The position numbers were made by a program, and so were the translations under genes. From an uncultured Bacilli bacterium (GTDB taxonomy: Bacteria; Bacillota_I; Bacilli_A; RF39; UBA660): a stretch of DNA of 64,000 nt. Location of the stretch: NCBI GenBank assembly GCA_944331715.1, contig CALVIP010000001.1, forward strand, positions 11,067 through 75,066, given 5' to 3'. The notes under the pieces were generated by a model. The model saw only the letters and a list, made by a program, of their open reading frames with translations, was not told the DNA's origin and did not search any database. This document shows, piece by piece, positions 38,164 to 48,400 of this stretch; position 1 is the first letter of the stretch; each line of letters starts with the position of its first letter.

Positions 38164-39672
38164 TTAAAAATTACTATATTTCTTAAGTTCACTTCTAAAT
38201 GCAGTTCGCCTTGAATATTTTTGATAATAATTATCTATAAATTTCTCTTTATCATCAACAATCCCATTCGCTTCCATAACTTCGCCTAAAGATACAACTA
38301 GTTTTGCTGCTTTATAATATGATTTTCTATGATTTCCTTCAACTATTGCAGTTACTCTTTTATCTATTACTTCTTCTAGCCAAGTTAAATATTTATCTTT
38401 ATCCAAAAGTTCAAAATTATCTTTCCATTTATTAAATATTAAAGAATAATTATCATCTAAAAACAAAGTGTTATCTTTTATCTTAAGTCTTGAGAAAATA
38501 TCTTCTAAAACATTTAAAAACAGCCCAGATGAAATGTTATTATTTAAAACTAATATCCATAAATATACTGCTGTTTCAATGAAAGAATAAGACCAACCAA
38601 GAGATTTTTTATTGCTTAAACATATATTATAAAACTCCTCGAAATTGCCTAAAAAGAATTGAAGATAACTATAAGTATCTTTATCTACATAATTCTTATT
38701 TAATTCATTACTTTTATTACTATTTGTATTTCCTTTATTAGAGCTTATAATCTTATTAATCTTTTCTTTATATTTTAAATAATATCCATTATTAATTACT
38801 CTAAGTAAATTTGCTACTGTACTATTAGATTCAAAAGACTCAATTATATACATTTCTTTATTACTACTATCATACTTTGCCATAAACAATAATATATCAT
38901 TTCTTATAGTTAAATCTTTATCTAAATAAGATAAAGCAAGATTACCTATTCTTATCACTTCATCTATTCTTTCTTCCTTAACCAAATAATCAAATATATC
39001 AAGATATATTTTAGGGTGATTTACTGCAAAATCTTTAATATATTTTCCATAATTATTAAAGTTGTTATAAACTAAAGTTTCTTTTAATAATCTATAAGAA
39101 ATATCATCTTGTTTATCTATTAAAAGATTAATCCATGATGTAAAAAAGTCGTCAAGCTCAGTTAAAATTTCTGTACCTAATTTAAAAGAATCTTCGACAG
39201 AAACATCCTTAAAGTTTTCATTTTTAAAATAATCATATATATTTTTCGCTCTCAAACTTTTAGGTGAAGACTGATAAGTAGCATAAATTGCATAAGTACA
39301 TATAGTATATACATTTATATTAATTAAACATTCTTCTTGTAATTCTTTTAAAGATATTTCAAAAAAATCTCCACCATCATCATCTAAAAATTGATAATTA
39401 GTATAAATAATTAAATCTAATAACTCTTTAGCATACTTATATTCTTTATGATTAACTAAATTAACTGCATAATATGTCGCTTCTTTTATTAAATCTCCTA
39501 CATTATCATCATCACTATACTCCCAGATCCAGTCTCCCCAATAATAATTATCATAATCCTCATAACCTGTCGCATGAAAATAAAGATCTAAATCATCAAT
39601 CATTTTAAACTTGGTTTTATATTCTTCTATTTTTGATTCTATATTTTCTAACTTATCATCATTACCAAGCAT
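38164..39672 (-). CDS. hypothetical all-helical protein (502 aa), partner of the PrimPol-helicase gene
   Basis: ORF track. No catalytic motif recognised. No SD before ATG 39672, and the frame stays open upstream to 39780. Confidence 0.6.
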   Translation of the reverse strand: MLGNDDKLENIESKIEEYKTKFKMIDDLDLYFHATGYEDYDNYYWGDWIWEYSDDDNVGDLIKEATYYAVNLVNHKEYKYAKELLDLIIYTNYQFLDDDGGDFFEISLKELQEECLININVYTICTYAIYATYQSSPKSLRAKNIYDYFKNENFKDVSVEDSFKLGTEILTELDDFFTSWINLLIDKQDDISYRLLKETLVYNNFNNYGKYIKDFAVNHPKIYLDIFDYLVKEERIDEVIRIGNLALSYLDKDLTIRNDILLFMAKYDSSNKEMYIIESFESNSTVANLLRVINNGYYLKYKEKINKIISSNKGNTNSNKSNELNKNYVDKDTYSYLQFFLGNFEEFYNICLSNKKSLGWSYSFIETAVYLWILVLNNNISSGLFLNVLEDIFSRLKIKDNTLFLDDNYSLIFNKWKDNFELLDKDKYLTWLEEVIDKRVTAIVEGNHRKSYYKAAKLVVSLGEVMEANGIVDDKEKFIDNYYQKYSRRTAFRSELKKYSNF

Positions 39673-39794
39673 ATAAATAACTTCATCATATTTACTTTTT
39701 GGTATCTTTCTAATTAAATTATTAACAATATCTAATATTTCTTGTTTTTCTCTATTTTTAAGTTCATCATTTACTTTTTTTTAAAAATTCACTA

Positions 39795-42152
39795 CTATTC
39801 ATAACTTCCCTCACTAACTATTTCATATCCTAACTTTTCATAGGTACTCTTTCTTTTTAAAAACATATTTCTTGTCTTAGCAAAGTTATCATCAACATAA
39901 TCATATATTAATATCTCTTTTTTATTTTCATTTTTTCTATGAAGTCTTCCTGCATATTGTATAACTCTAGTCTTACCTGATATCGGCATAGTAAGAAACA
40001 AAACATCTAATTTATCATCATCAAATCCTTCTCCTATATATGAGCCTGTAGAAATTATAATCTTATTACTATTATTTAGAGTTATTTCATCATTTAATTC
40101 TTTATACTTTTTAAGAACTTTCTTACCTATACCTCCATAATATTTAAAAATATTACTAGTATACTTACTTAGTTTATCATAAATATAATCTAAATGTTCT
40201 AATCTTTCCGTTAATACTAAAATATTCTTACCATTAAGATACTCTTTTTTAATATCTTTAATTATACTTTCACTTCTTAAAATATCTTTTGCTATAAAAT
40301 CATTTATTTCATTTAACTCATAATTATCTATTTTAGGATCAGTAAAATTCAAATGACTTTTTCTAACAATTACTTTCATAGGGATATTTAACTCTTTATT
40401 GAATTTTAAAGTATCTACCTTATACCTAATATCACCACATTGCATTTTTATAATAGGTGTATGGCCATTTTCTCTTTCAGGTGTTGCAGATATTCCATAG
40501 ACATATTTAGCATTTCCTGTATTTATAGCTTGTTCAAAAGTATAAGCAGCAGTATGATGACATTCATCTATAATAATCATTCCATAATTTTTAGCAATAT
40601 CTAAAACATCTCCATTATTCCATAAAGATTTTATACTAGCAACATCTATTATATTAGTAATATTTTTCTTTTTACCACTTATCTCTCCTACTTCATCTAT
40701 ATTAAGAAAATCTTTAATTCTATCTTTCCACTGTTCAAGTAATTGAAGTTTATTAACAAGTATTAAAGTATTTACTTTTCTTTCTTCTATCAGTTTACAT
40801 CCTATAACTGTTTTACCGAATCCCGTTGGAGCACAAAGTATTCCATTATCATATTTAAGGAGTTTATCTAAAGCAAGTTGTTGTTCTTCTCTTAATTTAC
40901 CGTTAAAGCTAACTGTAATTTTTTTACCTTCACTTCTCTTATCTGTTTTAATTATTTTTATATTATTAGTTTTACAAAGATTTTCTAAATATTCATAAGT
41001 ACCTCTCGGTAACTTTAAATACTTATCATCTTCTTTACTACAGTCAATTACCATAGGCACATTATAAACGGACATTCTTAAGCTTTGTTTTTTATAAAAC
41101 TCTGGATTAGCAAAAGTAGCAAGCCTTCTAAAACTATTTTTAACAATTGAATTTAATCCTGCTTTATCAATATAGACCATATCATTTAATATTACTTTTA
41201 TACTTTTAGGATAGTCAATTTTATTTTTACTTTTAGTTAAAACTTCTTTATTCATATTAACTATCTCATGTCCTATATCTATAGTTTCATTACTTAATTT
41301 TTCTATTGTTTCAAGTACTTCACTCTCTGTTAATTTATGAATAGACTTTAAATATTCTAATTGATTTTCCACTTTCATAAAGTTTCTATCAATAAATATT
41401 GTATTACCATATTTAGAAGGTTCATTTTGAAAAGGCAAAGCTATTAAATTTCCATAACCTCCTTTAGGTAGGGTATCTTGATTAGGAAACATTCTATCAA
41501 AAGAAGATATAGATAAATTACTTATTTCCATAGTTTTAGATAATAACAAACTTCCTAATTTCCTTGCTATTATTGCTTTTATATTAGTAGAAAAGAAAAT
41601 CCATATATGTATTCCATTACCCGATCTACTTCTTTCTAATACAGCAGGTATTTTGTATTCATCACATATATTAAGAAATGCAAGAACTTCTTCTTTAATG
41701 TCATTATCACTATTTTTATTATCAAAATCTAAAGCTAAAAAATAACAAGTATCGTCAGTTAGTAAAGGATAAATTCCTATAGGTTTATTTTCATACATAT
41801 GCTTATAAATAACTTCTTTTGATAATGGTTCATTTTCTCTATATTGACAAGTTTTACATTTCTTACCCATAGTTTTATTACAAACACCTTTTTTCCATTC
41901 ATTTAGACAAGCAGGGATATAATATTTAATATTAGGATTTTCTTTATTAATAGATAAATATGGATATACATCATCTCTACCTTTAAAATAGCTCATAAAT
42001 ATTTTAACTTTTTCTTCTCTTGATAAAGATGATACTTCTTCCTTACTATCTAAAACATTAAGCATTGCTTTTAATTCATTTAGTTCGTTTTTAATATTAT
42101 TTATTGCAATTTCTTTTTCTTTAATTTTATTAATTATTTGATCTCTATTCAT
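39795..42152 (-). CDS. archaeo-eukaryotic primase (PrimPol)-like domain fused to an SF2 ResIII/DEAH-box helicase
   Basis: 785 aa. Coiled coil aa 1-40. Cys cluster C82/C91/C99/C102. AEP motifs LALDFD (139-144), SGNGIHIW (177-184), SFDRMFPNQD (217-226). Helicase motifs APTGFGKT (441-448), IIDECHH (527-533), SATPER (555-560), QYAGRLHR. SD GGGGAG upstream. Confidence 0.8.
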   Translation of the reverse strand: MNRDQIINKIKEKEIAINNIKNELNELKAMLNVLDSKEEVSSLSREEKVKIFMSYFKGRDDVYPYLSINKENPNIKYYIPACLNEWKKGVCNKTMGKKCKTCQYRENEPLSKEVIYKHMYENKPIGIYPLLTDDTCYFLALDFDNKNSDNDIKEEVLAFLNICDEYKIPAVLERSRSGNGIHIWIFFSTNIKAIIARKLGSLLLSKTMEISNLSISSFDRMFPNQDTLPKGGYGNLIALPFQNEPSKYGNTIFIDRNFMKVENQLEYLKSIHKLTESEVLETIEKLSNETIDIGHEIVNMNKEVLTKSKNKIDYPKSIKVILNDMVYIDKAGLNSIVKNSFRRLATFANPEFYKKQSLRMSVYNVPMVIDCSKEDDKYLKLPRGTYEYLENLCKTNNIKIIKTDKRSEGKKITVSFNGKLREEQQLALDKLLKYDNGILCAPTGFGKTVIGCKLIEERKVNTLILVNKLQLLEQWKDRIKDFLNIDEVGEISGKKKNITNIIDVASIKSLWNNGDVLDIAKNYGMIIIDECHHTAAYTFEQAINTGNAKYVYGISATPERENGHTPIIKMQCGDIRYKVDTLKFNKELNIPMKVIVRKSHLNFTDPKIDNYELNEINDFIAKDILRSESIIKDIKKEYLNGKNILVLTERLEHLDYIYDKLSKYTSNIFKYYGGIGKKVLKKYKELNDEITLNNSNKIIISTGSYIGEGFDDDKLDVLFLTMPISGKTRVIQYAGRLHRKNENKKEILIYDYVDDNFAKTRNMFLKRKSTYEKLGYEIVSEGSYE

Positions 42153-42181
42153 ATTGACTCCCCTTTTAATATTTGACGTAT

Positions 42182-42210
42182 ATTCTAATATTTTTTATAA
42201 GGAAAGTCAA
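42182..42210 (-). promoter_or_regulatory. sigma-A-type promoter of the PrimPol-helicase operon
   Basis: Minus strand TTGACT (42210-42205), 17 nt, TAGAAT (42187-42182). Confidence 0.5.
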
Positions 42211-42282
42211 TGAAAAAGATGGCAATAATTACCAACTCTAATTTCAAATTATTCTAATTCTTTTAATCTTTTATCTACTTCA

Positions 42283-42942
42283 TCAAAAAAAACTATAGAC
42301 TGTTGTACAACTTTCTGAATTCGATGGTGTATCTTTAATATGATTTAAATGAATGTTTTTTGCATACTTACGAACTTGTTCTAAAGAACCATATTTAGTT
42401 AATCTATGAAATATTTTCTCATCATTTTTTCTATATCTATATTTTGAACCTTTTGCCTTAAAGTATTCATTTAACTTGCTTTCATAAGATTTTCTATCCA
42501 TACCAGTATCTATATAATTAAAATATAGTAAAAACCAATACTCAATAGCTTGGTTAGACCACAAAGGAATATACCCATTTCTTTCACACATTTCTATTGC
42601 TTTATTAAATGATTCACTACTAAAACTATCTTTATCAAATACAACAAATATTTTTCCATAAGGTATTGTAGAAATTTTATATTCATCTATTTCGTTCAAT
42701 ATATCTTGAGTAGATTTTACTAAAGATGTCGTATTCATTCCCATACCTACTATTTTCACTTTTAACTTATAATCATCTTCTATCAATTCATTAATAGCTG
42801 CAACCGCTCCTTCAAAATAGTTAGGTTCTGTTTCTTTACCTTCACAAACTATAAGCCAATTACTAGATTTTTGTTTTCTAATATTTTCTTTTCTTTTATT
42901 TCTTTCTGCTCTTCGTTTTTTAAATAAATCATCACTACCCAT
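42283..42942 (-). CDS. RloB-like protein (AbiLi-type Toprim-like partner)
   Basis: LIVCEGKETEPNYFEG, VVFDKDSF, IPLWSNQAIEYWFLLYF. ATG lies 5 nt after the ATPase stop. Confidence 0.75.
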   Translation of the reverse strand: MGSDDLFKKRRAERNKRKENIRKQKSSNWLIVCEGKETEPNYFEGAVAAINELIEDDYKLKVKIVGMGMNTTSLVKSTQDILNEIDEYKISTIPYGKIFVVFDKDSFSSESFNKAIEMCERNGYIPLWSNQAIEYWFLLYFNYIDTGMDRKSYESKLNEYFKAKGSKYRYRKNDEKIFHRLTKYGSLEQVRKYAKNIHLNHIKDTPSNSESCTTVYSFF

Positions 42943-42949
42943 AATTCAC

Positions 42950-44155
42950 CTACTTATCTTCGTATGGAATAGCACCAAACTTTCCAGTTAAATATCTCTT
43001 CTCATAATCAGCATCTACTCTTAAATTTCTAAATTCTGATAATGAATATAATCTAGCTTTCCCATATTTGTCTTTTTCTACTAAATAAAGTTCATCTCTT
43101 CTTAAATCATCACTATTGAATAAAAAAGTTGAATGAGCTGTATAAATTAATTGAGCATTATTTTTATTTATTTTTTTATCTTTATACATATTAACAATTT
43201 TTTTAAATAATAACGGATGAAATTTGACATCTAACTCATCAATACATAATAACCCACCATTTTCTAAATTATTTAAAATAGTTGGCATGATATTAAATAT
43301 TTTAATAGTACCATCAGATTCATATTGTAATGGTAGTAATATATGATTTTTATTATCAATATTTTTATGTACTCCACTAAGCTTATAAGATTTATTTTCT
43401 CCACTATCACTAATCTCATCAATTTTAATACCTAATAAACAAGGATCAAATTCATTAATTATTTGTTGAAATCTTTCGTATAGTAAATTATTTTGAGATA
43501 AAAGATTAATACTTGTTTGAGGTTGAAAAACACTTTCTACTCTAAAATCAAACTTATTAATATAATTATAAATATCTCTTAAAATTCCCTTTTCTTCTTT
43601 AATCGCTACATTACTTAAAATTAATAATTTATTTGTACTTAAATTAACATTATCACTAAAAAGATTCCAAGTCTTTTCATAATTAGCATAAGAAGAACCA
43701 AAATTAACCAAGTCTTTATTTCTTTCAAAAATAATTTTTTGAGTTGCTTTAGTAGTAGAAGAAAATTTCTTTTTATATAGCCACTCCTCATCAAAGCCAT
43801 CTTTATTCATTGAAAATCCATATCTATATTCATAATCACCAAGAGAAATTGAAATTTCAAATTCACTATTTTCATTTCTAGCATTATTACTAAATGCAAA
43901 AGAAAATGTAGGTAAATCTTTATTAATATCTATTCTATTTGACATTTTAATAGTTTCAAACATAAAATGTAATGCCTCAAGTGCACTACTTTTACCAGAA
44001 GCATTCGCACCATGAATTTCTATAACTGGTAAAATTTTATTTCCATTAATATCAATTGTGGAATTAATGTGTCTTTTTTCCCAAGTTGCCATTAAATCCA
44101 AAACTGTCTCATCATAAAAACATTTATAATTTTTAAATTTAAATTGCAATAACAT
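42950..44155 (-). CDS. AAA_21-type (ABC-like) ATPase, AbiLii-type
   Basis: Walker A GANASGKSS, Walker B LLCIDELDVKFH, IYTAHSTFLF. SD AGGAAGGTG precedes the ATG at 44155. Confidence 0.75.
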   Translation of the reverse strand: MLLQFKFKNYKCFYDETVLDLMATWEKRHINSTIDINGNKILPVIEIHGANASGKSSALEALHFMFETIKMSNRIDINKDLPTFSFAFSNNARNENSEFEISISLGDYEYRYGFSMNKDGFDEEWLYKKKFSSTTKATQKIIFERNKDLVNFGSSYANYEKTWNLFSDNVNLSTNKLLILSNVAIKEEKGILRDIYNYINKFDFRVESVFQPQTSINLLSQNNLLYERFQQIINEFDPCLLGIKIDEISDSGENKSYKLSGVHKNIDNKNHILLPLQYESDGTIKIFNIMPTILNNLENGGLLCIDELDVKFHPLLFKKIVNMYKDKKINKNNAQLIYTAHSTFLFNSDDLRRDELYLVEKDKYGKARLYSLSEFRNLRVDADYEKRYLTGKFGAIPYEDK

Positions 44156-44345
44156 AATTAACACCTTCCTTTTGGCTATATTTTATCACTTTTTCATATT
44201 TTTGCAATATTTTAGGAGATTTTTTCTCTTAAAGTGTATTATTTCTTTTATATTTTATGCAATTTGTTTAATTATATGCATGTAAAATATATATACAAAT
44301 ATATTAATTCATAAAAAAACAGAACTGCTTCCAACTAAAACAATT

Positions 44346-45200
44346 CTATTTTTTATAAGCTTTCTCATTTTTACTTATTATTTCAGAATAAATATTTTCT
44401 ATCTTTTCTAATTCATTAAATTGTTCTTTAGGAGCATTTCTATTTACCATATCATTTTTAATCTTATTTATTCTTACATCATAATTAAGACAAATTTGAT
44501 CATTACTTTCATCTCTTAAGTCTTGCAATAAAGATAAATAATTATCAAGAGCCACAGGAATAGTTTTAAACTCTTTATCTATTGGTACAATATAATTTAC
44601 TTTTATACCAAGAAACAAACACTTAAAAATAAAGTCAGGTAATAAGTCATAACATTTATTATGTGTCTCTATATTTGATAATTTGGCAGTCTTACTTGAA
44701 AGTATTTCTTTTTCGTATCTTTCCCTTGTTGCAAGTAAACTTGCTAAATTTCCTCTTACCACTACATTTATAACAATATCATAATTTTTAGGTATATTAC
44801 TTATTAAGTCTATTAAACTATAATCAATTGGAGCTTTCTCCCTCAATACAGAATAACCATTTTGTATAGCATAAGAAAATAGTTCATCTCCCCATAAATG
44901 AGCATCAAAATTTGTAAGAGTTGCATAATCTGTTGGATATTTATCTAATATTTCTTTAGAGTACTTATGAAATTGACGATAATTATCAGAATTTATAATT
45001 ATATAATTAGATAAATTTGTACTATCTATATATGTAGTTTTTCCACAACCAGGTTGTCCAACTACAAACATAATAGATGAATTATTTTGAAGAGATTTAT
45101 TTACAAATAAATTTTCTTTAAGTTGTTCTAAAACTATTCTATGCTCATCTTCGAATAATTTATATTTTTCAATATTATCTTTTAATGTTTTGTTTTTCAA
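44346..45200 (-). CDS. zeta-toxin-family P-loop kinase-like protein with a ~80-aa C-terminal helical extension
   Basis: VVGQPGCGKTTY...IINSDNYRQFHKY (zeta-toxin-like Walker A plus the xDxxR region). SD AAGGAG lies 9 nt before TTG 45200. Confidence 0.6.
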   Translation of the reverse strand: MKNKTLKDNIEKYKLFEDEHRIVLEQLKENLFVNKSLQNNSSIMFVVGQPGCGKTTYIDSTNLSNYIIINSDNYRQFHKYSKEILDKYPTDYATLTNFDAHLWGDELFSYAIQNGYSVLREKAPIDYSLIDLISNIPKNYDIVINVVVRGNLASLLATRERYEKEILSSKTAKLSNIETHNKCYDLLPDFIFKCLFLGIKVNYIVPIDKEFKTIPVALDNYLSLLQDLRDESNDQICLNYDVRINKIKNDMVNRNAPKEQFNELEKIENIYSEIISKNEKAYKK

Positions 45201-45252
45201 TATTAACAACTCCTTCGTTTAACTATATTATACTATACAATTAATTAAACAC

Positions 45253-45288
45253 AAACAAAAAGCGGAGCCATAAGGCTCCTTCAGGGGG
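45253..45288 (-). terminator. rho-independent terminator with a conserved CCCCCUGAAG 5' flank
   Basis: Minus strand CCCCCUGAAG-GAGCC-uuau-GGCUC-CGCUUUUUGUUUG. Confidence 0.6.
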
Positions 45289-45403
45289 AAATATTATTAT
45301 CAGTTCGTAACAATTTAATAATTTGTTAAAGTCTTACAAAATAAGGCTTTTTCTTTTATCATAATTTACCAAAGTTTATAAAAATAACTTTATTTTTGTG
45401 GTT

Positions 45404-45432
45404 TAGTATCTAATTTTGGTATCTAGAAAAAT
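45404..45432. repeat. att-associated repeats (TAGTATCTA, TGGTATCTA) including a 16-mer shared with 54763-54778
   Basis: TTGGTATCTAGAAAAA at 45416-45431 is identical to 54763-54778. Confidence 0.6.
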
Positions 45433-45445
45433 AATCATAATTTAA

Positions 45446-48400
45446 TCATTTTTTTCGATTATAAACCATTATTTTATTTCTCTTTGTTAAAACAAACGAT
45501 GAAATAACATTTTCTGATTTTAATTTTTGCAATATCTCTAATAAATTTTGATCAACATCTATTGAAAAATTATTGTTACCAACTCCTATATAATCAAAAC
45601 CATTATTAATCATACATAAATAGTTGTTAGTTACTTCAATATTTATTTCTTCCTTGATTTTGTTTAAATAAGAATATTTTTTACTATCTTCAATATTAGA
45701 ACTAAAGATTAAGTCATTAGAAACATCACTTCTTAAATTATATTTATCATCATATGCAAGGTTAAATAATAATTCAACGTTTAGCATTGTATTTTTTATA
45801 ACTTCATTTTCAAACAATATTGATTTAATATCTTCATCTAACTCTATATTTTCAACTAATTCATTTGCTATATCTTCTATATCAAAATCATCACAATTTT
45901 CAATATAGTATTCTTTATTTAAATTAATAAATAAAACTAATAAGTCTAATGATTTACTCTTAATATAATTAAAATTATCTAAAGTTAATTCTAAAATATT
46001 ATTAGTAATGATTATTTTTAATTTATCATACTTATATTCAAAATTTATATTTTCTAAGTTTGAAATTTTACAATCAAAAGAATTTATGCTTTTTTCTAAA
46101 GTATTTAAGCTAATATACTTGTTATTTATTAAATTTACTAAAAAATCTTTTGGATTATCCAATAAGTCTACATATTCTATACTATCAATATTATTAATAA
46201 TACCAGCTAACTTTTCTGAAATATCTTTTATAAAATTATATAAACATATTACATTATTCCAATTATTATCAATTAAATCATTATTCAAAACGCATTCATA
46301 ATAATCACTAGATATTTTGCCTAAATCTTTTATTTTAGTTTTTTCCTTAATAATAATTTTATTTTTAATATTATCATCAATATTATCGTTATTAAGTATA
46401 TTCAATATAACATCTTCATCATTGCTTTGGTTATCTAATTTATCATAAACGCAATCAACATATAAATCAAAATTATCGTATATATTTTTTTTCATAATAT
46501 TTAATCTTTCATCTTCTATAATTGTTAAAAACTTATTTGAAAATTGTTCGCTTGAATTAATAGTATTTTCTAACAATAATTTCAACATATTTTCATTGAT
46601 TTCATATAAATTGTTTTTTAATATAAAATCAGAAAATTCTTTAGTACAATTTTCATCAATATTTTTAAATTTTATATTTTGTTTAATTATGGTTTCTTTA
46701 TGATTGTCATCTAACAGGGAAAAAAGGTTATAAAATTTATTATGCATACTAATATAACTAATAAATGTATTATCTGTATTTAATAAAAATTTAGGATTAC
46801 TTAGAAATATTTTTACCCATTTGTCAATATAATCTCTATTTTTACTATTTTTCAAATAACATTTTTCCCATATATTATTTTTCTTCAGCAATAAACTATT
46901 TATAAAAGATTTGCTTAGTTCACTTTTTTCTAAATAACTATCTATAAAGTCTAATTTTTCATCTGTAATGATTTCAAACTGTAATAAAATTTTATTTTTT
47001 ACACTTGATTCAACTTTGTTTTTATTATCAAATATATAATCAAACAAGTCGAAATTCAATATACTATCTGATGAATAGTCAAATATATCTAATCTATTAA
47101 CAATTTCATTTAAATTATCTAAATGGTAAGAATAATTTTCCATTTTACTATCCTTCTTTACATTTTTTACAAACTGCATATCTTGGATAGTTAAATTTCC
47201 CTCTTTAAACAATGTAATGTAATCATAATAATCACTAGAGACAAGACCACGTTTTAAAATAAACATTTCAAAATCGTTTAATTCTTCAGTTATAATGTCA
47301 ATACCATATTTCTCAATTAGTTCTTTGAGTGACATTTCTTTTATAGCTCTAATATTTTTTTCTATCAAAGTAATTTCTTTTTGTTTTTCTTCAATAACGG
47401 CTTCTTTATCACCATTTAAATTATCTAATCTTTCTATATAAGAACGTTTTCCTCCAAAAACATCAAAAATTTGTTCCTCGTTAAAATTAGCATAAGGGTA
47501 ACTACGTTTATCAAACGTCATTTTTGTATTTTTAATTTTGTCTATATCAAAATCATCTCTTAAAAATTCAGAAACATTACATTCTGCGTTATTGAAGTTT
47601 AATTTATAATTATTAAGAGTATCACTAGATAGTTTAACTAAGTTCATTATTAATACTTGTTTTAATTCAAGTACATTTAATAATTTTTCGTTTTGAATGT
47701 TATCAATTTCAGTTTGTAAATTGTCATTATCTAATTTTAATTTTTCTGTTAGTTTATTTATAATTTCGTTTTTATTTTGAATTATATTTGGTAGTGTTCC
47801 TTCTCCCTTTAACATCAATGCATATTTTTGAGGATATAAATTTTTATAAAAAAGCATTGCCATTAACTTACAATTATCTAAATCTTTATCAATAAATTTA
47901 TCACTAAATAAAATAAAATCAGCCATTATATTATTTATTGTTCTCATATCATCAACAAATATAGATATATTATTAATAAACTTTTTATCTATCTCATAAT
48001 ACATTTCATTTTCTTGTTCACCATATATGCTCTTAAATTTATCCCATATTATTTCATTTGAATTTGATAATGAAGATACAGGAATAATAGGAATAGTTTT
48101 ATCAAAAAATTTGGTTCTTTCAGTATTTTTCTCAAAAAAATCATCTTTTATTGCATAAATAAAACTTATTTTTCTTTTAATTCTTGAACAAGTATTTAAT
48201 AAATAATTTAGTTCTTTTAGCTTTTCAATAATAAATAATGCTTCATTAAATCTATCAATATCTTCAAAAATTACAACATTATAATCAGAGCACTGAAAAA
48301 AGTAAATAATTTCGTCCAAATATTTGTTAAATATCGACTCTGTTTTCCCATTTATTTCTATTTCAGCATCCTTGTATTTTAATTTACTTATATAAAAATT

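Noticed and set aside
39689-39697. Extra copy of TTGGTATCT inside the PrimPol operon, considered as another att or arm site.
   Set aside because: A 9-mer of this composition is expected about once by chance in 128 kb of two-strand sequence. It has none of the flanking context of the att-associated copies.
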